From Trypethelium eluteriae (lineage: Eukaryota): a stretch of 54,220 nucleotides of DNA. The position numbers and the translations under genes are program-made. The notes beneath the pieces are model-generated. The model saw only the letters and a list, made by a program, of their open reading frames with translations, was not told where the DNA came from and made no database searches. The stretch's first letter is position 1. The number at the start of each line of letters is the position of its first letter. Below, piece after piece: positions 21,076 through 31,064 of this stretch. The stretch is from assembly GCA_051942245.1 (NCBI GenBank), contig JAVECL010000099.1:1-54220 (forward strand), read 5' to 3'.

Positions 21076-23775
21076 AGTACGACGAGGCCTTATCCAGACG
21101 ATTTGATTCTTCACAGGTGGTGACACAGGCCTGAACAACGCTGCACAGTCTTATGAAAAAGCTGACCACATCGTCTTGTACAACTGCGGGCTGATAGTTA
21201 GTATCACTTCTAGAATTCCTGGGGGCGGAGATACATACGGAGAAGTGAACATTTAGAGCAAATACCGGTATCCACATACTACTGTTCTCGTGTTAATGTT
21301 TCCGTAGTCTTCCTCTGGAATAACTCTTCACCCGAGGCATGGACGAAGAAGGCAATGTGCGACAGGTGAGCCAAATCCTTCAATCGTAGAAGCCCCACTA
21401 TTCTTTGAGAAAAGGTATTCCGAGTTATGCATCAACAAGTCGTTGGTGAGCTTCAAATCCGAGGCTGCCCAGGTTGGAAGGTCTGTAGAAGTAGGCAACG
21501 CGAGGGTTATGATTAAACCTTTCAAGCAACGAGGCAAACCCTAAGGGTCCTGTTGCCAAGAGCTGGTAGTGGGGACAGAACTTCTTAGCTCCACGACCGG
21601 CGCGATACGAAACTCCAGACGAGAGGACATGTGCTTTTTAAGAGATTCGAACGCGACTCATTCTCAAAAGGCGGAGGTTTAGTGGCGACCAATTCTGGCA
21701 TGCGTCCGCTGGCGGGGTTCTAGCATTTCTACGCCTGGGAAATGGCTACCTCTTGCAAGTGGTAGAGGTACACGGCCCTATGTACATACAGCAGTCAGCT
21801 GAGGTACCGGCGCGGCTGCAGAATCGTGGGTCTCAATCGCGATCCTATCAGTAGTTAGGGCCTCAACAATGATGTAGGAGCATGGAGCGTGTACTCAGTG
21901 CCGGCCACAACACTTTCCAGCAGCATGGGCGCGCATCGCTCGAGCGCTTGACCACAGCCGGGGGCGCTTAACGCAGGACGGGGAAGCGTTGGTGGAAGGA
22001 GGCGAAGTCTCTCTGTACCTCTGACTGCAGCGTCCCGGGACGAATCGCGTTCTAGAGCCCACGTTCTTGGCTGTCATTGGGAGTCCCCCACGGGCCAAGA
22101 CCAGGACGGGGCCAGTTGGAAATCTCCACCAGCGTCCATCGTTGCGCCACGGCGAAGATCCGCCCGGACGGAAGGTCTGCAAAGATGCGAGAGTTCATGC
22201 AGGAGCGATGCACTGATGCGTGTTCAGTACTGCAGTCAGCTCGAAGCGAAGGCTGCCAGTTTACCCGCTATCCCGTCGGGGAAAGATGCTTCCCTCGTCG
22301 GTGGCGCAGAAGCTGAGCCTTCTAAACTTACTGGCTATTTTTGCACGGACCGACCGAGACTGAGACTACGATTTCACCATGTCTTCTTCGACCTCGTTGA
22401 ATCTCAATGTTGATGCCTGATGCCTCATCGGGTTGTGTCGGACCCGGCCACAATTAAAGTTGTCGTGATCGATCGCCTTCTCTGCAAGAAGAGTTGGCTT
22501 CTGCAGGTGCAAGCATTGCTGCAGCTAGCCTCATGAGTGCATTTCCTCTTTTCTGACGTCTTGACGGTCGGACCTAGAGTGCCTGCCTTCGTACCGGTAC
22601 AAACCAACAATGTCTTGAATGGTCCCTGATAGTTCTCACCGGAGGCTAGGATACGGTCCGCGATGGAGACGGAGACAAACGAGATCCCTTTTCCTCTAGA
22701 GATGATCTACTTAATTGCACCGTTCTCAAGGTGGAGAATGTTGACGGAGTCTGTGATTGGGTACTCAGAAGGGGAGAAAATCTCCGCCGGGGCCATTGGC
22801 TAGCCATTGGTCTTGCGCTGGGAATGTCTAGAAGCGCACAGCAGACATGCGACTCTACGGCGCAGGCTCTCTGGAATCTTCTTCTTCAAGCATATGCCTT
22901 GTAAAGCGCGATTTTCTGGAAGTCTTCGAGATCTACGGTACATGCAGGAAACCGGGGAGTACCGACTAGTTTGCCTGCCATGTCATTCACAGTGTGGCGT
23001 GGGTGGCGCATTGCACAGGCTGCGCCACCGTACTCAAGGCTTCATGACTCGTTGCGCATCACCGCTGGTCTCTTTCGAATTCGAGACGAGCTCAATTTAC
23101 GCGGACCATCATTCCTTGAATTTTCCGTGTTGATCAACACCCCAGCCGGCAGGCTATCTTCTAGAATGACGTGGTGTATATATCTGATTCGGCACACCAC
23201 CTCAAAATCACATGACTGAATTCAGATGCGAGATGGTCACGTACAATGGCCAATCATTATCGCAAGACGCTCCTCCTTCGGTTGACTGGATCAAAGGTGC
23301 GCAACTAGCGTTTAGCATTCAACGCACATCATCGAATGAATCGGTCATCTCAGGAATTCCTCGGCGGGACGAGCCTCCATCGGCCTGTCAGACGGACCTT
23401 TTGCGGGGAAGGCACGGCAGAACTTGAAGAGTTTTCTACCGTTGCCCCGTAGCCGCTCACGACTTGTGATATAGAGTGCAGGAGAAACGAGGATGCATGA
23501 GACGTGCGATGGAGGGTGCGAGTACAAGAAGTCAACAGGTCTCCAGCGCGTATTGATACACGGCAGCTTGTACACTTCATAGTCGCAGGAGCAACCAATG
23601 CTTGTAGCGAGAATTGCTCACATGCCCCCGAACGTAAATCGATATCACGCGCACGTGTAGAGACAATACATGTCTGATCTTCAGGTTTGTATGGTACACA
23701 AAAAGAGATTATTGATATTGACACAAATGAAGGCAGAATTGATAATCCCACTTAGTTCGCCACTTATCTTATTTA

Positions 23776-24899
23776 CTACCTTGGTCCATGGCCAGTCACG
23801 GGTAAGTCGCGGTAGAGGAGTTCCTGTTCAATGACCTTCCATCGTCCAACACCCGTCTCTTTATCAATTGGTGTGACCCGACGGTCGTGGACTTTGACAT
23901 TAGTCAGATTCGACAGAGAGTCGTTGTCCTGTAGTGCCTTGTAAAGCTTCTTTGGCTTTGGTTTGATAAGCAAATTGCTTGATAGCTCTCCTGCCGTCTT
24001 GCTCCGCTGGATAATTGGGTCGGATATGGGCTTGCCAATGAGCTGCATTACTCTTTTCACAACCTTCATCTTGTTAGCCATATCCTCGCACTCTGTCAGA
24101 GAGTGCGTAGGGAAAGCTTACAGTAAATTTGAAGCTCGGATCGCGGAGAGGCACATCTGCCCAAGACTGCATTCTCTTAGAGTCTTCCTGCATAGTCTTC
24201 TCTGCAGTCGTCTTCTTTTTCGAAGCCCCAAAAGGCTCATCGGTGTCTGGGAAATCGCTGCTGGAAAGGGGTATTGCTGTGTAAGAGAGTTTGGTTCCAT
24301 CTTGCTGGTCCATGTCGAAAGCCACACTTCGTGCATCAGGAGCTACTGTGATTGTGGCCTTTTCTGATGCTTCACCCAGTTCATGGAATTCGCCAAGGTC
24401 TTGCCCGCCACTCACTCTCATTGCGAGCGTCTCAAACACTGCGCGACATACCGCCACTGAGGGGTCTCTGTCGTTCGACTCCTCAGAATTGGAGAAAAAC
24501 CTGGCATCGATTCAGTTGTAAGAAAGAGTGGCGCAAGCTGGTTGAGCATATATACCCTTCGAAAGGCTTCGCTACCTGCCGTTTCCTCCGCCATTCCTTC
24601 CCGCCTACTCGTTCCAACCCAGCCCAGGTAGCAGCTGGCTCGTAAACGTCATTCACTGATGTTTCTGTCTTCTTCCCAATGACTTGCCCATTGGTCTCAA
24701 TATCTTGCAGTGCCGATGCAGATGTCTCTGTTCGGTCTGCTCGTTTCGCGGTGCTGAAAGGCCGGCGCCCAATAGCCAAGGACGGGACTTGTTGCAATCG
24801 ACGTTTACAGGAGGGACATAGCCATCGTGTATCTGGAACTGGCTTTAGAGAGGACGTTGTCGTACGGAGAGGACGGAGGAAACATTGCGGGGTTGACAT
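23776..24899 (-). CDS. mL50: Mitochondrial large ribosomal subunit protein mL50
   Basis: Arg/Ser/Leu-rich presequence MSTPQCFLRPLR. Introns 24501-24555 and 24064-24121. Motifs YEPAATWAGLERVG, FKFT/VVKRVMQLIGKPISD, KPKPKKL and NVKVHDRRVTPIDKETGVGRWKVIEQEL. Confidence 0.8.
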
Positions 24900-25275
24900 C
24901 GTGGAGAAGGTGCGTTGAGCGTGGAAGACCAAGTTCCTATCCAAAAAATTGACTTTGGACTTTCTTATGTCGGTCCGTGCGCAGAGATGCCGCATGGGAT
25001 ATTAAACCCCTACTCAGCACGCCTACCTACCTGGTATGCTCCATCAATACAATGACACAAACATCTATGAGCACAAGCGAGCTCGGTCAACGCTACTGTC
25101 TATTCTCATTTTCACGGGCTATGAGTTCCAATCTTACAAGATTAACCCGAGGGTTGATGTGTTTGATTTAGTATCCTTCGATCATCCCCGAAACTCCACA
25201 TTTCCAATCCTTCATAATCCTGTAGTAAGCCAAAGGGGAGGATTGCTGTGCAAGGTTCAGTACGGGTCGAGTCTG

Positions 25276-27591
25276 CTACCTTCCACTTCCCATTTTCTCA
25301 ATGTTGGTCATTATTCTGCTCTTACCCCCGCTTATGCTCCGATTGAGTCCACTTTGGGGTACCCGGCCAATCCTACTTTCCCCTGCTGAGGCCCCGGATA
25401 CTCCACCAGGAGGCTTTAGTCCTGACGGCTTTGAGATGCTCTTGCGAAAGTCATCAATAGCATGTGGTGCTCCTACTTCAGACTGTAGCGCGAGCATCTC
25501 ATCAACTGCAGCGACCAATTCCCCCTTTTCTATCCGTTCTTGTTCAAGGTCTTTGGCGAGCTGTGCGTGCTCACACCTCATAGTCCTCATCTCTTCCGTA
25601 AACCCTGCGAGTTTGGCCTTTTGCTCCTCAAGCTCGGTCTTCTGTTCTTCCATCTTCTTCTGCTCAGCGGCGCGATCCGCCTCAGAAAAATTGGAAGGCA
25701 GCGTTCCGGAGAAGGTAGCTTCTTTCGCAATCTGGAGCTCGTCATTTTGCTTTGACAAGTCATCGATCTTGTGCTGGAGCTCCGCGCATCTCTTCTCAGC
25801 TCTGGCCTCGTATGATTTTTTGAGAGTGGCAACCTTGGTCTCATGCTTCTTCTTGTAGACGGCATGCAACTCTCGTGAAACGGATTCGATCTTCTGATCC
25901 AGCTGAGCCTGAACCAAGCGCTGGACCTCTTCCGCAGTAGCCACACTACCGCCGCCATTTTCTTCCATCATCTCCGTAACGTCGCCTGTAGATGGTCCCG
26001 ACCTTCCTTTCGCCTCGATAGCCCTTGTCTCAGCTTCTTCCGCCCGGCGTTCAGCTTCCTCTAGTCTCCGGACTAGATCGTCCTTTTCCTTGTCGCTCTT
26101 CATAATCTCTTCCTTGACGTTTCTAAGTACGCTCTCCACTTCTTTCCCTCGATTTTCCCATTCTTTCTTCTCCTTTTCTACGTGCTCCCGTGCGCTGCGC
26201 TCCTCTCTCATCACTTCTTGTGCTTCACCAACCCGACGCTCTGCATCACTGACGGCCTTCTTCAAACTCTCGACTTCGGCTTCGCGCCCGCTGAGGGTCG
26301 CTTTCAGTGATGATATTTCGGATTGATAGCCAGACTTTAGAGACTCCAGTTCTCGTACAGTGATGGTGGGGATTGACCTTGGAGTTGGCGCCGGCGGTAA
26401 CTCAAAGTCCAGAAGGTTCAGGATGTTGTTACCTCTTGATGGTGTAGCGGCGACCTTGGTAGGTGATCGTTGTCCATTTATGTAACTCAGTAAGTTTGAT
26501 TCTGTGCTAGATTTTGAAGGTGATCTACGTGAAGCGTTAGAGAATGACTCCATTTGTTGGGTAAAATCAAGGAGCAGAGTGGTCGTATTGCCTTCATCAA
26601 CTGTGGGAGTCTTCTGTCGTCGGGGAGTTGGCGATGGTGATGTGGATTGGTCTCTGCGATGCATTTCGCGAGATGTCCCAGGAGTAATTTGGCCACCTGC
26701 ACGAGGAGCAGCTGCCTGTTGTTCCAATGGATCAGTCCTGTAGGTCTTTTGCATATTCTGTCTGTCATCTTTGCTGGTTTGCATGCAAGGACTTACTGGG
26801 TCAAGCTGGTACTTCTTGGCCGATCCCTGAAATTTTTTTGTCATCTCAGCTGGTACCTCTGAAAATGCGCTGAAGCATGTATCGTCAATGCCTGGCTCCT
26901 CGCCTCCTGCTTCAGTGACAGTTGTCCGATATGAGATATCCTTTTGTGTCCAAGATTTTGTTGCTACCGTCAATCCTTCGTTGTAGCGTAAGGGTGTCGC
27001 CTTCGTCGGGCTTCGGTTGTTGGTGAAATCGGTACGTTTTCGAGGTGAGGATTTCTTCGCATTTCTAGAAGTACGAGAGTCCATGGTATGTTCATCGTCG
27101 TCCGCATCTTCACTCCTTTTCTGTGCAAAATCATCTTCCTTCGGTGGGGTAGAAGCGCATTGCGCCGCAAGCTCCGAAATGATTTGCTTTGAAGGAGATG
27201 ATGATCCCTTCAAAGGACTTTCCAGAGAGTTTTGACCTGCAAACGGTTCATCTGCATGAATTTCGAAAATCGGTGTATTCTTCTGTGCTGTGGGAGGTCT
27301 GTCACATGGAGAACGTGCAGGTGAGCCTGTTGGGCTTTTCGGGGATCCTCGTTTAGTCGGGGTGTAGGACATGCGAGGTGTAGAGATTCCTAGGTCAATT
27401 TCTGAGACAAATGGCGAGCTGGGAGGCCCTTCTTCGGCATCTACGGCGTCGCCAGTCCATCGTGTTAGAGACTTTAACAAGGGCGATTCGGTAGTAGCCA
27501 AAATTTGGTTGCTGGTGTCTTTCTGAGCGGTTGGAGGTGTTCGATGCACATTCAGCGCTGAATCTGCAATAGGCGATAATGAATTCGACAT
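25276..27591 (-). CDS. Fungal TACC / Slk19-like coiled-coil spindle-kinetochore protein
   Basis: S/T-P-rich N-terminal half, then PAPTPRSIPTITVRELESLKS, a long coiled coil and the VSRELHAVYKKKHETKVATLKKSYEAR signature. Probable 81-nt in-frame intron 26716-26796. Confidence 0.8.
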   Translation of the reverse strand: MSNSLSPIADSALNVHRTPPTAQKDTSNQILATTESPLLKSLTRWTGDAVDAEEGPPSSPFVSEIDLGISTPRMSYTPTKRGSPKSPTGSPARSPCDRPPTAQKNTPIFEIHADEPFAGQNSLESPLKGSSSPSKQIISELAAQCASTPPKEDDFAQKRSEDADDDEHTMDSRTSRNAKKSSPRKRTDFTNNRSPTKATPLRYNEGLTVATKSWTQKDISYRTTVTEAGGEEPGIDDTCFSAFSEVPAEMTKKFQGSAKKYQLDPVSPCMQTSKDDRQNMQKTYRTDPLEQQAAAPRAGGQITPGTSREMHRRDQSTSPSPTPRRQKTPTVDEGNTTTLLLDFTQQMESFSNASRRSPSKSSTESNLLSYINGQRSPTKVAATPSRGNNILNLLDFELPPAPTPRSIPTITVRELESLKSGYQSEISSLKATLSGREAEVESLKKAVSDAERRVGEAQEVMREERSAREHVEKEKKEWENRGKEVESVLRNVKEEIMKSDKEKDDLVRRLEEAERRAEEAETRAIEAKGRSGPSTGDVTEMMEENGGGSVATAEEVQRLVQAQLDQKIESVSRELHAVYKKKHETKVATLKKSYEARAEKRCAELQHKIDDLSKQNDELQIAKEATFSGTLPSNFSEADRAAEQKKMEEQKTELEEQKAKLAGFTEEMRTMRCEHAQLAKDLEQERIEKGELVAAVDEMLALQSEVGAPHAIDDFRKSISKPSGLKPPGGVSGASAGESRIGRVPQSGLNRSISGGKSRIMTNIEKMGSGR

Positions 27592-27977
27592 TTTGTATAG
27601 CGATGAGTTACCGTATGCCAATTGCTAGCGATTGAGTCTCAAGTGGGAGTCTAAGAGCAACTTTTGTTGATTAGATCTGCCCAAGGGCCTAATCGAGAAA
27701 AACCAAAACAAAGCTAGCCGCATTGACGCTAGCGCGCTTTTTGCTCAATTACCCTCCGAACACGAACGTTCGGGCACTCACTACAACTCGAATATTCTCA
27801 CACTGAAGTCTCACCATCTCCAGGGCTCATTATAGGATTGATCGTGAGAGGAGAACTAAAAATACAGAGGTCATTGAAGTTCGTGTTCTGTACATCGCCG
27901 GTCATCAAGGTGAACTACACGTGTTGGTTGTTTAGAAAGGTTCTTCCCTCAATCAGACCATCCTCCATTTCATCAAG

Positions 27978-29196
27978 TCAATTCCAAGCCATTTCGTTTG
28001 GACCTTGCTCGTCCTCTAAACCCGGCCACTCACACTCTTTACACAGTACGTCAGGCTCTACTCGTTCCTCAATTCTTGATTCATTCGCGGACGTATGCAA
28101 CGACTCGCACGACGGTGACTTCGCTTCCTCCGGTTGTAATAGAGTCCATCCATTGTCAAGAGCATGATTACTCTCAACTGTGGATGGAGTTGTAGTGCTC
28201 TCCTGCTTGAGCTTGGCAGATTGTGAAGGATCAACTCCGTCTGTCCGAATGTCTTTTTCGTCGGCAGGAATATCTAGCTCTTTCTTTCCATACAACTGTC
28301 TTGATTCTCTTGCTGCAACTTCCCAGAAAAGGTCTTTGTTGACATCACGCGACTCTGTAGGGGGTGAAGAAGACTTCCTGCGGCTGGGTGAATTGTGTTC
28401 GATAGGGAAGAAGCGGGACTGCTTTGGCACCATCTCGCGTTGAGCCCGTAGAGGATCAGCTTCAATTAACCGAAGCTGCCATTCCTGCTTCGAGGGCTCG
28501 GTGCAGATTTCGCCTTTGATGACGCAACATTGGTCAGGAGCCCGTGTCCCATTCCTATTCGGTCTGTCAGGGAAATCTTCAGGGATTGTCCCAAAGTTCC
28601 CTACTGACTCAGACGGAGTGATATCGTCAGGGTAATTCTGAAGAAGAAGTCCAAGATTCCCTCCTGAAGCAGATGGAGTGACATCATCAGGAACAATCTT
28701 CGTGGCGCCACTTGAGAACTGTTCAAGCCCAGGAATCTCACCCAAGCATCGAGCAAAGTGCTCCTCCCAAGCTTGTATGTCTCTCGAGGTTTGGCTGAGG
28801 CTCTTGCGACTAGTGCCTCTCAGCTTCAAGTCTCTGATGGCTGCTCGAGCATTGGGATTTGCCTTGGCCGTCAGATATGCCGTTCGGGACTGTACGGCAG
28901 GAGCCGAGCCTTCGGTCGCGTTCGATCTTTGATTATGTTCTTCTTGCTTTTGGGGAAGAAGCGTCTCTAATTCACGATAAGCATATGAATGATTCACGGC
29001 TCATGATCATGAGTATACCCTCAAATTCTGAGCGTCGACGATCTCGTTCGCTTGCTTCATCTAGCTGAACTGCACTGTCCCCCGAGCCATCTCTCACAGG
29101 CGATCCCTTGGAGCCGACACGGACCCTGCTCCTCTTCGCTTGTTTGGGTCCAGTCGATTGATTGGCATATCTAGAGCGTCGAGAACTATGACCCAT
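27978..29196 (-). CDS. Hypothetical low-complexity protein
   Basis: Exon 1 (MGHSSRRSR..SEFE) joins the 339-aa ORF through intron 28967-29018 (GTATAC..TAG). It carries an internal duplicated motif, PDDVTPSASGGNLG / PDDITPSESVGNFG. Confidence 0.6.
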
Positions 29197-29817
29197 GCGT
29201 TCTGAGAATCAAAGAAACGATAACTGACAGAAACCAAAGTTATTTGATAATAATGTGTCAAGTGACAGAAACCATGGAAAGTGAAGTTGAACGTGCTTAT
29301 GGGTAGGAATTGCAACTAGGCCTTCCCAAGTTCCCTCCTCCTCTGTGGCTTCTGTGCCTTCTCATTCCCGGATCCTCGTTACCCATTGCTCTATACCTCG
29401 TAGAAGCTACGGTCCTCGGTAGTGGTGAAATGGCTTTAGGATCACGCTTTCCTGAACTTCGGCAGAGGAACGCTACAGAGGTAGTATTGCAGTCAAAAGG
29501 GTCAGGTGCATCCCCGGATCATATTGGGGTAGCGAGGCAAGCCCGACTCCGACCAATTTCCAAGCTTGGGGCTCACATGATCAGAGATTGAACTGGAAGG
29601 TGCCTGCCAAAATGCTCAAAAGCAACACGATCCGTCTTTCTAAATCGGTAACTTCCGCCAATCCACTTTCCCAATTTCCCAAAGATCATCTCCTTTCCCT
29701 TTCTCTCACTTCAGTCTCTCATCTTCTTTTCACCACCGAACCACCAAATTTCCCCAACATCCGAAATTTCTTTCAATCAATTCCATCCAAGCAGTCTGAC
29801 CACACTTTGCAATCACA

Positions 29818-30369
29818 ATGTCGGCATCAATGGCTACCATTACCTGCCCTTGCTCTGGCCAATCTTCCTCTGCTACATCAGCAAGATGCTCATGTGGAAA
29901 GAGACCTGCTTTCCGTTGTGACTGCGAGTACGCGGCCACAGAGAATGTCCCGTCGGCAGGCAAGTGCCAATGCCGTGCGTTTCCCTTATCTCCTTCCATG
30001 ACTGGCGTCACTTTTCCTATGGAACAAGCTCTTTGTCAACGATTTCGTAACATGCTGGCAGTATGACCACAAAATGATGAGCTGTGCTAACAAGTGATCC
30101 ACAGAAGGATGTGGGTGCAGCGGTACCTCGGGGAACGCATGCTCCTGCGGAGAGAAATCCTCAGGTCGGGATTGATTTCAACATTTCCAACATGGAGTAA
30201 TGCTGATTTGGGAACAGGACAATGCAACTGTGGTGGAAAGTCCGGCTGTGGTTGCGGTGGAAAATGCAACTGTGGGGCACAATCCTCCGGATGCAACTGC
30301 GTTGGGGGCAAGCCCGCTGCTTATTGTGGTGCTCTCGAGACGGACTTCACGTATCGTGGCAAGCTATAG
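29818..30369 (+). CDS. Cys-rich metallothionein-like (Crd2/CrdA-type copper-resistance) protein, 122 aa
   Basis: Exons 29818-29974, 30105-30164 and 30218-30369 give 10 CxC motifs (21 Cys). It has the RCSCGK..CDCEYAATEN and C-terminal ETDFT motifs typical of fungal Crd2-like proteins. Confidence 0.8.
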
Positions 30370-31064
30370 CTGAGCACGGCCCTGCTGGCTCGGCTGATGC
30401 AGCTGAGGTAGTGATGATGATGCACACGAGCTCTCTTCCGGAGGAAGCGTATTGTGCTGGATGAATCAAAAGCGTTTCAACGAGACGGCTTACGGAAAAT
30501 CGGTATGATTACATGCTTGACAGCCTTAGGTGAACGATGATGGCCCTGGCTTCCATTGCTGCTTCGGAAATGTATGGAGGGTTGAAAACATTGTATCAGT
30601 CGCTCCCCGAAAAATTCGATTTGTAGCTCATCATGCGTATCCAGAAATATTTAATAGATGTTGCATGAGATGGCATCAGTGGTGTCGTGGACGCCGGTGC
30701 ATCTCCGCAAATCCTCATTTCCCCTTCGGGATTAGCCCGTAAGCCACTGTTAAGCACACCTCAAGGTGACCCAGCACCTCGAGCGGTCTCTGCATGTATT
30801 ACTTGAATCCTTCCCTGGACTGATAGGTTTGCTTCCTCTTTGCACTGCTTGCCTGTGCTGGAAATGCAGCCTCACGACATTGCTTCCAAACCCTACAGCC
30901 GATGATCGATTTGAAGTCAGAGACCGTCCCTCCCGAGATACCGACTCGTCTGACAGCTCCTGAAAGCCCCGTCCGTGGCCAAATAAGATTCGCATACTGT
31001 TCGAAAACGCGTACCATAGGGCGGGCGCCCGCCAGCAGCTGCTGAACCCCAAGTCTCCGTCAGG

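Noticed and set aside
21300..23750. Many 60-130 aa ORFs upstream of the methyltransferase-like gene
   Set aside because: No motifs, no consistent codon bias, and no splice chain linking them; treated as intergenic or 5' UTR.
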